43,692 bases of DNA from positions 1 to 43,692 of the forward strand of contig CAYJHL010000001.1 in assembly GCA_964369585.1 (NCBI GenBank). Direction: 5' to 3'. The stretch comes from an uncultured Treponemataceae bacterium. Its GTDB lineage: Bacteria > Spirochaetota > Spirochaetia > Treponematales > Treponemataceae. Of this stretch, positions 1 through 8,099 are shown piece by piece (positions within the stretch are counted from its first letter, which is position 1; every line of letters starts with the position of its first letter). The notes beneath the pieces were generated by a model. It saw nothing but the letters and a program-made list of their open reading frames with translations, ran no database searches and had not been told where the DNA came from. The translations under genes and the position numbers were made by a program.

Positions 1-18
1 CCTTGCTTTTTTTGTGTC

Positions 19-47
19 TTGACGATACACACACATTGCGGTATTCT
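19..47 (+). promoter_or_regulatory. sigma70-type promoter TTGACG-N17-TATTCT; candidate leaderless start
   Basis: TTGACG is at 19-24 and TATTCT at 42-47, with a 17-nt spacer. The -10 ends 6 nt before ATG 54. No purine-rich SD lies between them. Confidence 0.5.
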
Positions 48-53
48 ATAGAC

Positions 54-1283
54 ATGAAAATTTGGATTAAATATTTACTTGGAACTGCATTAGGAATTAT
101 TGTTGCACTTTTTTTACCGCTCGATACTGAAAATGCAAAAAATACACTTCAGTTTTTTACTGATTTATCAATAAGAGGTGGGCGATACTTTCTTATCCCT
201 ACATTGTTTTTTGGTATGACTATTGCGGTAGCAAAACTACGCACAAAAGGGAAGCTGATAAAGACAGGTGCCTTTACGCTTCTTGTTGGATTAGCTGTTA
301 CCGTAATGATTGTTGTTTTAGGTGTTTTATCAGCACTTATAGTAAATTTACCAAGAATACCTATTTCAGGGGAAAAAACATCACAGGTGATAGAGTATAA
401 CATTGCAGAACACATACTGCTGCTTTTCCCTTTTAATGGGGTAGAAGGCCTTTTCAACGGGGTGTACTTAGTTCCTTTATATATTTTAGCAGGCTTTTTG
501 GGAGCAACATTTGCCTCAGATGCTCTTAGGGCTAAGTCAACCTACTCTCTATTTGATTCTCTTTCAAAAATCTCATATTCTATTTTGAGCTTTTTTGTAG
601 ATATTTTATCAGTAGGGCTCGTAGCAATTTCATGCACATGGTTTATAGCCTTTTTTGATGTATTGGAATCAGGTGCTTTTACCGGTTTAATAATTTTATT
701 GGCAGTTGATACTGTAATTATAGTATGTGGACTACTACCCCTTCTATTAAAAGTGTTTTCTAAACGAGCAAAGCCGTTTAAAACATTATATGCCTGTATT
801 GCCCCTATAGTAATTTCTCTTTTTTCAGGAGATGCAAACCTTGCATTATCTTCTAGTATGCGACACTCTAGTGATAGTTTAGGAGTTCAACGAAAAATAG
901 GAGCAATAAGCTTACCTTTATTTTCTGCTTTTGTTAGAAGTGGATCAGGATTAGTTGTAGCGGTTTCTTTTATTGCAGTCTTGCGTTCTTATTCAAGTTT
1001 AGAGATTTCTTTTTTTGATGTGCTTTGGATAACATCACTTAGTGTTGTAGCCTCTTTTTTCTTGGGAGGTATACCTGCTGGAGGGCCTTTTATTGCTTTA
1101 ACTGTGTTATGTTCTTTATATGGACGAGGTTTTGAAGCCGGATATTTATTACTTAGACCTGTAGCTTTTATTATTTGTACCTTCGCAACTGTAATCGATG
1201 TGGCTGTAAGTATTTTTTGTACATACTTTATTGCACAGCGTGGAAAGATGGCGGTGGAAAAGCCGAGCAGAAGTTTTGTATAA
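54..1283 (+). CDS. dicarboxylate/amino acid:cation symporter (DAACS/SLC1, GltP-like) family transporter
   Basis: The ORF is open from the window edge. The first ATG at 54 gives MKIWIKYLLGTALGIIVALFLPL. There are many hydrophobic segments. A Ser-rich loop (ANLALSSSMRH) and a GGIPAGGPF hairpin-like motif resemble HP1/HP2 of GltP-type carriers. Confidence 0.7.
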   Translation: MKIWIKYLLGTALGIIVALFLPLDTENAKNTLQFFTDLSIRGGRYFLIPTLFFGMTIAVAKLRTKGKLIKTGAFTLLVGLAVTVMIVVLGVLSALIVNLPRIPISGEKTSQVIEYNIAEHILLLFPFNGVEGLFNGVYLVPLYILAGFLGATFASDALRAKSTYSLFDSLSKISYSILSFFVDILSVGLVAISCTWFIAFFDVLESGAFTGLIILLAVDTVIIVCGLLPLLLKVFSKRAKPFKTLYACIAPIVISLFSGDANLALSSSMRHSSDSLGVQRKIGAISLPLFSAFVRSGSGLVVAVSFIAVLRSYSSLEISFFDVLWITSLSVVASFFLGGIPAGGPFIALTVLCSLYGRGFEAGYLLLRPVAFIICTFATVIDVAVSIFCTYFIAQRGKMAVEKPSRSFV

Positions 1284-1287
1284 AGGG

Positions 1288-1314
1288 AGCATGCCTGAGG
1301 GCATGCTTTTTTTT
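1288..1314 (+). terminator. rho-independent terminator
   Basis: AGCATGCC (1288-1295), a TGAG loop, then GGCATGCT (1300-1307), running into T8. It begins 5 nt after the TAA stop at 1281-1283. Confidence 0.75.
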
Positions 1315-1334
1315 GTCTACAGAAAGTAATGCTC

Positions 1335-1363
1335 TTGAGAATTTTTTAATAGAGTGATATACT
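1335..1363 (+). promoter_or_regulatory. sigma70 promoter with extended -10: TTGAGA-N17 (TG at 1355-1356)-TATACT; leaderless arrangement
   Basis: TTGAGA is at 1335-1340 and TGATATACT at 1355-1363. AATAAG (6 nt) follows, then ATG 1370. No SD is present. Confidence 0.65.
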
Positions 1364-1369
1364 AATAAG

Positions 1370-2077
1370 ATGGAAAAAAGATATCTACTTGCAGGCAAAG
1401 AGTATCCTTTTTGCGAAGATTTCGCAAACTACGCTGTGAATTCAGGCAATTCAATTTTGGTAACTCTTTTAGATAATAAAGAAAAAACAGCTACTCCTAC
1501 ACCAAGTTTTGTATGGAATCGATCGTCACCCATTTCTTCGCGTTCACTTGTGTTGGAAGCAGAAACAACACTCGGGGGTTTAGATACCGCTTTTATTATG
1601 TTTGATACAGAGTTATATGTTGACGAATTTGAGAAATTAGGTATTGAAGTTATCTCTCGTGGCCTTGATACCCTCTTTGCTGGATACATGTATTTAACAT
1701 TAGAATTATTAGAAAGGTTTACAAAGAAAAACGAAGGAAATATTTGTTTTATTTTAAAGACGCACCCATCGTTACATGATGCTGTAAAGCAACAAAAAAG
1801 AACAGAAAGTATTCCTTCTGGACCTATTGTAGATGCCGCAGCCTCGGCCTTTCGATCTTTTGCAGAAAATATTGCTATAAAATATGCTGGAGCTCCAATA
1901 GGAATACAACTTGTTGAATGTCCAGGATCTGCAGATGATATGTCTACCTTATGCCCATGGCTTTTTTCATTTGTTGAAAGTGCAAGTACCAAGCCCGTGG
2001 TTGATGCAAAAGTAGCCGGGAAATGGACGCAAATTGGGGGAAAAGTATCCTCTAATTGGCAGTTGTTTAAACGCTAA
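1370..2077 (+). CDS. Rossmann/SDR-like protein lacking recognisable cofactor and catalytic motifs (hypothetical)
   Basis: 235-aa ORF directly behind a strong promoter. It has SDR-like block order: WNRSSPISSRSLVLEAETTLGGLDTAFIMF, then GNICFIL, then IQLVECPG. The N-terminal TGxxxGxG position reads AGKEYPFC and the YxxxK position reads VDAAASAF. Confidence 0.6.
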   Translation: MEKRYLLAGKEYPFCEDFANYAVNSGNSILVTLLDNKEKTATPTPSFVWNRSSPISSRSLVLEAETTLGGLDTAFIMFDTELYVDEFEKLGIEVISRGLDTLFAGYMYLTLELLERFTKKNEGNICFILKTHPSLHDAVKQQKRTESIPSGPIVDAAASAFRSFAENIAIKYAGAPIGIQLVECPGSADDMSTLCPWLFSFVESASTKPVVDAKVAGKWTQIGGKVSSNWQLFKR

Positions 2078-2088
2078 TAGGAGAAGTA

Positions 2089-2793
2089 ATGTCTTTATCT
2101 GAAACTATCACAATGCTGTTTCACTCAGAAATAACAATATCATCATCGCTTGTGCGAATAGCAATTAGTTTTATCTGCGGTGTAATATTGGGAGCAGAAA
2201 GACAAAAACGAAACCAATTTATTGGTATTAGAACAATTACAATTATATGTGTTTCATCTACTTTGTTAATGTTATTATCAATCTATGCAGGAACAAGCCT
2301 TCCTGGTAGCACAGGGGATCCAACAAGAATTGCAGCACAAGTTGTTTCTGGGATTGGTTTTTTAGGTGCAGGAACAATAGTTTTACAAGGCTTAAATATC
2401 AAAGGTTTGACTTCATCAGCTGTTATTTGGAGTGCAGCCGCTGTTGGATTAGGAATAGGTGCAGGCTTTATTGTACCTACCATTGCAACGGTATTTCTAC
2501 TTGTTTCTGCAATAGTTATTATTGAAAAAATAGAAGAAAAATATTTTACACCTGGGCGAGCAAAAAAACTCGAACTGCACTTTGCAAACAATCGTATTGA
2601 TATTGACGGTCTTACAAAGCTTTTAGCTGAAAATGGTATGATAGTTTCAAATACAGACATTCAGCGTGATTTTACGAAAAAGCACTTTGTGCTTATTTTT
2701 TCTGTTAGGGTTCCTGCTTCAATCGATATATTTGATGTAATTGAAAAAATAAAAACAAAGGGAAAGCTTGCCGAATTTACCCTTACTGATTAG
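2089..2793 (+). CDS. MgtC/SapB family membrane protein
   Basis: Contains GAERQKRNQFIGIRT, typical of MgtC, followed by 4-5 TM segments and a soluble C-terminal tail. AGGAG at 2079-2083 precedes ATG 2089. Confidence 0.8.
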   Translation: MSLSETITMLFHSEITISSSLVRIAISFICGVILGAERQKRNQFIGIRTITIICVSSTLLMLLSIYAGTSLPGSTGDPTRIAAQVVSGIGFLGAGTIVLQGLNIKGLTSSAVIWSAAAVGLGIGAGFIVPTIATVFLLVSAIVIIEKIEEKYFTPGRAKKLELHFANNRIDIDGLTKLLAENGMIVSNTDIQRDFTKKHFVLIFSVRVPASIDIFDVIEKIKTKGKLAEFTLTD

Positions 2794-2804
2794 AATAGGA
2801 CTCT

Positions 2805-4583
2805 ATGGAACAAACAAATCCCCTTATAGTTCAAAGTGATAAAACTCTATTATTGGATGTGCATGCCCCTCTTGCAGAGGAATGCAGAGATGCACTTATC
2901 CCTTTTGCAGAGTTAAAAAGTTCACCAGAGCATTTGCATACATACAATCTTTCACCTCTTTCTTTGTGGAATGCTGCAAGTGCAGGTTTTACAGCAGACG
3001 ATGTTGCAGGAGTCTTAAAACGGTTCTCTCGGTTTGATATTCCACAAAATGTTCTTGCTTGGATAAAAGAAACCGCATCGAGATTTGGGAAGTTGCGTCT
3101 TGTGCCAGACGACATAGAAGAACCTTGTACGCAAGATGAAAAAGAAGATAAAAAAATACCAACACTACTCCTTGTATGTGATGAGTTACTAGTTTTTAAG
3201 GAAATTTTATCAAACAAAAAACTAGCAAAGTATTTGCTTCCGATAAATGACGAAAACGTACATACTGGTTCATTTGGATTTAGGCTGCAGTTAACAAATA
3301 GAGGGATTATAAAGCAAGAACTTATTTCTCTTCTCTGGCCTGTAAAAGATGAAGTTCCTCTAAGAGATGGAGATCCTTTAGAGGTAATATTACGAGAAAA
3401 AACATTAAAAAACAAACCTCTAGAAATTAGAGAGTACCAAAAACAATCTGTCAGATCTTTTTTAGGTGATGGCGGACCTGGAACAGGGTATGGAACTATT
3501 GTTTTACCTTGTGGTGCAGGTAAAACTGTTGTTGGTATCGCTTTAATGGCAAAGCTTAACATGAGCACACTAATAGTTACAACAAATATCTCTGCTGTGC
3601 ACCAATGGAAAGCAGAATTATTAGATAAAACAGAATTAACTGAAGATCAAATAGGTGAATACACTGGTGAAAAAAAACTTATAAAACCAGTTACCATAGC
3701 GACGTACCAAATACTTACCTGGAGACCTGAAAAAGAAGGACCTTTTCCACACTTCCATGTTTTTAATGAGCGTAATTGGGGACTTATAATATATGACGAA
3801 GTACACCTTTTGCCGGCTCCTGTATTTAGAATTGCTGCTGAAATACAAGCTATTAGGCGTATTGGCCTTACGGCAACCCTAGTAAGAGAAGATGGATTTG
3901 AAAAGCATGTTTTTAGTCTTGTCGGTCCAAAGCGTTACGATGTTCCTTGGAAAGAGTTGGAGCGCTCTGGTTGGATAGCACAGTCAGAATGTATTGAAAT
4001 GAGATTAGATATGGCTGAAGAAAAACAAATAGACTATGCTACTGCTTCGCTGCGAAAAAAACATAGAATTGCGTGTGAAAATCCTGCAAAAATACCTGTA
4101 GTTCTTTCGTTAATTGAGCGCTTTACGGATGACAAAATTCTTGTAATCGGACAATATCTCGACCAATTATGTGAATTAGCCGAATTACAAAAAGCTCCAA
4201 TAATTACGGGGAAAACGCCAAATGCACAGCGAGATATAATTTATGACTCTTTTAGAAAAGGTGAAATAAGAGTTCTTTTTGTATCAAAGGTGGCAAATTT
4301 TGCCATAGATTTACCTGATGCATCTATGGCTATACAAATTTCTGGCACTTTTGGAAGTAGACAAGAAGAGGCACAAAGACTTGGTAGAATTCTACGCCCA
4401 AAGAAAAAAGTTGCTCGCTTTATAACGCTAGTAACGAGAAATACAGAAGAAGATGTCTTTGGAGCGAATAGACAAAAATTCTTAGCAGAACAAGGATATT
4501 CTTATAGAATGGTAAATTCTATTGAGGAAATACCGGAGTATCTCGAAGATGGTCGTTGTGAAAGTGGTGGTAGTAATGAGTAA
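2805..4583 (+). CDS. XPB/Ssl2(ERCC3/Rad25)-type SF2 DNA helicase
   Basis: Motifs seen: REYQ (Q motif), LPCGAGKT (Walker A), YDEVH (motif II), LTATLVREDG (motif III plus the XPB RED triplet), QRLGRILR (motif VI). The N-terminal PLIVQSDKTLLLDV...FAELKSSPEHLHTYNLSPLSLWNA resembles the XPB damage-recognition/N-terminal domain. Confidence 0.9.
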   Translation: MEQTNPLIVQSDKTLLLDVHAPLAEECRDALIPFAELKSSPEHLHTYNLSPLSLWNAASAGFTADDVAGVLKRFSRFDIPQNVLAWIKETASRFGKLRLVPDDIEEPCTQDEKEDKKIPTLLLVCDELLVFKEILSNKKLAKYLLPINDENVHTGSFGFRLQLTNRGIIKQELISLLWPVKDEVPLRDGDPLEVILREKTLKNKPLEIREYQKQSVRSFLGDGGPGTGYGTIVLPCGAGKTVVGIALMAKLNMSTLIVTTNISAVHQWKAELLDKTELTEDQIGEYTGEKKLIKPVTIATYQILTWRPEKEGPFPHFHVFNERNWGLIIYDEVHLLPAPVFRIAAEIQAIRRIGLTATLVREDGFEKHVFSLVGPKRYDVPWKELERSGWIAQSECIEMRLDMAEEKQIDYATASLRKKHRIACENPAKIPVVLSLIERFTDDKILVIGQYLDQLCELAELQKAPIITGKTPNAQRDIIYDSFRKGEIRVLFVSKVANFAIDLPDASMAIQISGTFGSRQEEAQRLGRILRPKKKVARFITLVTRNTEEDVFGANRQKFLAEQGYSYRMVNSIEEIPEYLEDGRCESGGSNE

Positions 4584-6639
4584 TGAAACTTTAAAAAATC
4601 TTATCCCCTGGAAAGAATCCCTTTTTCGATTGTCAGAAAATAAGTTTTTAAATATTGTTAGGATGTATGTTGGAATAATAAAAACACCGTACAATAAAGA
4701 ACGCTTAGTAAATGATTTAGTATCGTTTTTATATAAAGAAGAACACAAGAAAACCATAATAGAATTACTATCAGAAAAAGATATTCTTTTTTTAAGTGCT
4801 GTTAAATTTCTTGAAAAACCAACAAATGAAACATTGTTAGCTTTTTTTGAAAATGAATATACTACCTTTTATTTATATGATTATATAGCAAATTTAGAAG
4901 AAAGATTGTTATTGTATCGTTATTTTGATGAAAGAACAAAAAAAGAATACCTATCAATAAACCCATTACTACAAGCACAGCTTGAAGAATACCTTTGTTT
5001 ATCTGTTTTAATACCTCTTTCTGAAAGAAAATTTGATTCTGTAAACATAGAAAAACATCCCACTTTAGGGGCATCATTATATTGTTCATGGTATGCGTTT
5101 ATTGCCCAGTATCCTGATGCTTGCAGGGCAGATGGATCGTTTAAGAAAAAAACACTTACAAATTTAGAAACTGTTTTTTATGGGGTTTCCCTTGATTTTT
5201 TAGCACACTTAAATACAGCTTTTGTACACCTTGGGCTTTTCTTTCACGACGGATCAAATCTGTGTATACATGAAAAAAAGTGGAAGGCTTTTAGTACCCT
5301 CACAGCAGAAGAGCAGCGTTTATATATCTGTGTAGCTTCATTTAGAAGGTTTTCGCGCGAAGTACTTGTAAAGCATACAAATTTTGTAAAAAATCTTATT
5401 GAAAAAATTCCATCTGAAGGTCTTTGTAAAACGACAATAGCGCGATTAGGTTTTATCCTAAAAAACACGCAAAAAGGGTTACAAACAGAAAAAAAAGCAG
5501 GATTTTTTGCAAATATGTTACAGCGTGCACAAAGTACGTCTTTAGAAGAAGAGGGTTTTTCTGATAAAGCTCTCCTTGATAAAATGGAATATTTTGGTTT
5601 ACTAACCTCTATTGGTCAAGATAAAAATGGAAATGATATTTTAGTTTCGTCCTATGAAGGTGAAGAAAAGGAAAGAGTATTAGAACCAAAAATACCATTT
5701 GTAAGCTTGAATGCTGGATACTCTGTAACATTCCTTGTTACGGTTTCTCTTGAAACTATGCTTCCCCTTGTTTCCTGTATGAACTTAGAAAGCTTTGATA
5801 CGGTTTGCCGTTTTGAAATAACAAGAGCCTCTTGTATGCGCAGCTTTGATAAAGGGGAGACAAACGAAAGTTTATTAAAAAATTTAGAAAAAGCTTCTGG
5901 AAATACGGTATCGCAAAATCTTACTTTTACAATTAATGAGTGGTTTGAAACCTATAATTCTGCAGCTTTATACCATGGTTTTGTGTTACAGGTTTCACAG
6001 GAAAAAATTATCCAAATAGAAAACAATGCTTTTTTAGCAAAAAGAATAAAGAAGGTTTTAGCTCCAGGCATATATATTTTTGATTTTGAAACAAGAGAAG
6101 AAATGATGGATGCGGTAGAAAAAAGTTCCCTTGATTTTATTGGCCTTCCAAAAAATAGCATAAAAGAAAGTGACGTTATGCCTTTTAATACATTAAAAAA
6201 TAGCTCATCGTTTTCTTTAAATTATGAAAATATCAAAAAAGATATTGAAATTGTACAAACAGAACATTCTGAAAATATGAAAAAAGAGCTCGAAAAGCTT
6301 AATTTACCCGTTGAGCAAAAAGAAGGTTTGCTTGAAAGGATAAATCGAAAACTTATTATCACTCCAAAACAACTCATTGGAGAAACTGTTCGAAGCGAAA
6401 AAACAGAAGCAAGTGGTATAGATTTTATGGGTAAAATTCAAGTTATCGAGCAAGCTATAGCCTCTTCAAATATGATAGAAATTGTAAGTGCTGCAGGGGT
6501 GTTTGTTGGAAGGCCTGTGAAAATTGATAAAAAAGATGCGGATGCAAGTATAACTTTAAGTCAAGAAGATCAAAAAACTATAACATTATTAATTGGGCAG
6601 GCGAGAAATGTAAAGCGTTTTAGACAACCTCTTTACTAA
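4576..6639 (+). CDS. XPB-associated protein (687 aa) with an internal XPB-N-terminal-like domain; function unknown
   Basis: ATG 4576 sits in an ATGAGTAA overlap with the XPB stop at 4581-4583. The ORF-track extension from 4522 lies inside XPB and is rejected. The protein has no TM segments. The segment encoded at about 5692-5995 aligns without gaps to the XPB N-terminal domain. Confidence 0.8.
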   Translation: MSNETLKNLIPWKESLFRLSENKFLNIVRMYVGIIKTPYNKERLVNDLVSFLYKEEHKKTIIELLSEKDILFLSAVKFLEKPTNETLLAFFENEYTTFYLYDYIANLEERLLLYRYFDERTKKEYLSINPLLQAQLEEYLCLSVLIPLSERKFDSVNIEKHPTLGASLYCSWYAFIAQYPDACRADGSFKKKTLTNLETVFYGVSLDFLAHLNTAFVHLGLFFHDGSNLCIHEKKWKAFSTLTAEEQRLYICVASFRRFSREVLVKHTNFVKNLIEKIPSEGLCKTTIARLGFILKNTQKGLQTEKKAGFFANMLQRAQSTSLEEEGFSDKALLDKMEYFGLLTSIGQDKNGNDILVSSYEGEEKERVLEPKIPFVSLNAGYSVTFLVTVSLETMLPLVSCMNLESFDTVCRFEITRASCMRSFDKGETNESLLKNLEKASGNTVSQNLTFTINEWFETYNSAALYHGFVLQVSQEKIIQIENNAFLAKRIKKVLAPGIYIFDFETREEMMDAVEKSSLDFIGLPKNSIKESDVMPFNTLKNSSSFSLNYENIKKDIEIVQTEHSENMKKELEKLNLPVEQKEGLLERINRKLIITPKQLIGETVRSEKTEASGIDFMGKIQVIEQAIASSNMIEIVSAAGVFVGRPVKIDKKDADASITLSQEDQKTITLLIGQARNVKRFRQPLY

Positions 6640-6669
6640 TAAAAAAAGCTACTTTTTCTTTATAAAGGG

Positions 6670-6698
6670 CTGAAATCTTTTTTTATCTATGATATTAT
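6670..6698 (+). promoter_or_regulatory. extended -10 promoter TGATATTAT (weak -35 CTGAAA); leaderless arrangement for aroA
   Basis: TG is at 6690-6691 and TATTAT at 6693-6698. TATTAT (6 nt) follows, then ATG 6705. There is no SD, and CTGAAA lies 17 nt upstream. Confidence 0.5.
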
Positions 6699-6704
6699 TA
6701 TTAT

Positions 6705-8099
6705 ATGAAAGTACAAGCAAAAAAATCAATATTAAACGGAAAAACTCAGGTCCCAGGATCAAAGAGTCATACAATAAGAGCGCTTCTTTTGGCCGCAGTT
6801 GCTCATGGAAATTCAGAAATAGAAAACCCATTAACGGGTGAAGATTGTGTATCATGTGCTAAGGCAATAGAAACAATAGGAGCAAAGGCTGATTTTTCTA
6901 ATCCAAAAATTTGGAAAGTTTCGGGGGCAGGAGAAAACATTCATTTACCTAACAATGTAGTTGATGTTGGGAATTCTGGTTCTGTTTTGTATTTTTTAAG
7001 TCCCATTGCCGCTACTTTTAAAGGGTGGAGCATTTTTACAGGGGATAAGTCAATTCGAACAAGACCTGTAAAACATTTGGCAGATTTATTAGAACAAGCT
7101 GGAGCTACTGTTCATATAAGTCGCCCAGAAATGGACTCTCCTCCAATCCTGATTGAAGGACCAATACATGCAGGTGAAATTAAAACAGATGGGCGTTTGT
7201 CGCAATATATAAGTGGAATGATGATGGCGGCAAGTATGATAGAAGGGACAACTTCAATTGAGCTCACCGATCCAAAAGAAACACCATACTTAAAAATGAC
7301 AAAGCACTGGCTTGAGGGAGCTGGTATCCCTGTATCAATTAGTTCTGATTACAAACATATTTCAGTTTCTGGTCCTCATAAAATAAAAGGATTTAATGTT
7401 AGCGTTCCTTCAGATTGGGAAGCGGTAGCTTTTCCGTTAATTGCAGCTCTTGTGTCAGGAAGCAACATTACAATTGAAAAAATAGATACATCAGGAACAC
7501 AAGGAGATGATGCAATTGTAGAAGTATTACAATCTGTGGGCGCTGATATCGAATTGAATAAAGATAACAAGACCCTTCTTGTGCGAGGCGGCAAACACTC
7601 TTCAATCTGCGATGAAAAAAAAGGATGGATTAACGGACGACTTTCTGTTGCTTCAGACAACAAAGAGCTTAGAATTAATTGTTCGGGATATCCTGATGCT
7701 GTTTGTGCTCTTGCAGCAATTGCCTGCTTTATTGAAGGTACAATCGTTATAGAAGATATTGGAGTATGTAGAAAAAAAGAAACAGATAGAATTACTGTAA
7801 TGACAAGCGAATTAAAAAAACTTGGTGCTGATATTGAAGAAGGTGATGATTTTTTAATTATTCGTGGTCACTCCCCTATCAATGCCGACGGAAGTGATAA
7901 TGATACTTTTTCTTTGCACGGCGGCGAAGTTGAAAGTTATCATGATCATCGCGTTGCTATGTCTGCAGCTTGCCTTGCTCTTGGTTTAAGAGATGGAGAA
8001 GCGGTAACAATTAATGATTTTGAGTGTCATGAAGTATCCTTTCCTGGCTTTTTTGATACTATGAATTCTCTTGGTGCAAACTTTAAAGAGATTCTCTAA
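6705..8099 (+). CDS. aroA: 3-phosphoshikimate 1-carboxyvinyltransferase (EPSP synthase)
   Basis: Motifs seen: VPGSKSHTIRALLLAAVAHG, GNSGSVLYFL, IRTRPVKHLADLLEQAG, KETDRI, HDHRVAMS. At 464 aa it is somewhat longer than typical AroA. Confidence 0.9.
   Translation: MKVQAKKSILNGKTQVPGSKSHTIRALLLAAVAHGNSEIENPLTGEDCVSCAKAIETIGAKADFSNPKIWKVSGAGENIHLPNNVVDVGNSGSVLYFLSPIAATFKGWSIFTGDKSIRTRPVKHLADLLEQAGATVHISRPEMDSPPILIEGPIHAGEIKTDGRLSQYISGMMMAASMIEGTTSIELTDPKETPYLKMTKHWLEGAGIPVSISSDYKHISVSGPHKIKGFNVSVPSDWEAVAFPLIAALVSGSNITIEKIDTSGTQGDDAIVEVLQSVGADIELNKDNKTLLVRGGKHSSICDEKKGWINGRLSVASDNKELRINCSGYPDAVCALAAIACFIEGTIVIEDIGVCRKKETDRITVMTSELKKLGADIEEGDDFLIIRGHSPINADGSDNDTFSLHGGEVESYHDHRVAMSAACLALGLRDGEAVTINDFECHEVSFPGFFDTMNSLGANFKEIL

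Noticed and set aside
3239-3246. Other CCGATA-type hits: TCCGATAA in XPB (3239-3246), TCCGATAG (12296-12303), GCCGATGT (11727-11734), and minus-strand GCCGATGA (18568-18575).
   Set aside because: None has a TAAA box at the correct spacing. All are inside coding sequence with no appropriate downstream gene start.
1429-3568. Long antisense ORFs opposite well-supported genes: 1429-1992 (187 aa), 2831-3568 (245 aa), also 27793-28272 (159 aa) and 35292-35765 (157 aa).
   Set aside because: They are Ser/Thr/Arg-rich, low-complexity translations typical of the reverse frame of AT-rich coding DNA. They have no SD or promoter at their starts. The opposite-strand genes have unambiguous family motifs.
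4522-4575. N-terminal extensions offered by the ORF track: 4522 (XPB partner), 13719 (fhs), 19371 (metA), 20303 (mnmG), 39624 (pfkA), 19460 (esterase), 9691 (yifB-like), 39551 (DUF4015-like), 43413 (MCP).
   Set aside because: The extensions lie inside upstream genes or promoters, use TTG, or lack an SD. In each case an internal ATG gives the conserved family N-terminus and has an SD or a leaderless-type -10 at the right distance.
4575-4583. The identical 9-mer AATGAGTAA at two gene junctions: XPB/partner (4575-4583) and PAP2/mnmE (36420-36428, minus strand).
   Set aside because: An 8-nt ATG...TAA overlap constrains most of these bases. The similarity is best explained by the coupling geometry plus chance, not by a repeat element.
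6705-8099. AroA is about 35 aa longer than typical (insertions near GGKHSSICDEKKGWINGRLSVASDN and PINADGSDNDTFSLHGG). Class I versus class II (glyphosate-tolerant) status is also uncertain.
   Set aside because: The loop insertions cannot be evaluated without an alignment. The diagnostic motifs are ambiguous by eye: GSKSHTIRALLLAA looks class I-like, while RTRPVKH matches neither class cleanly.
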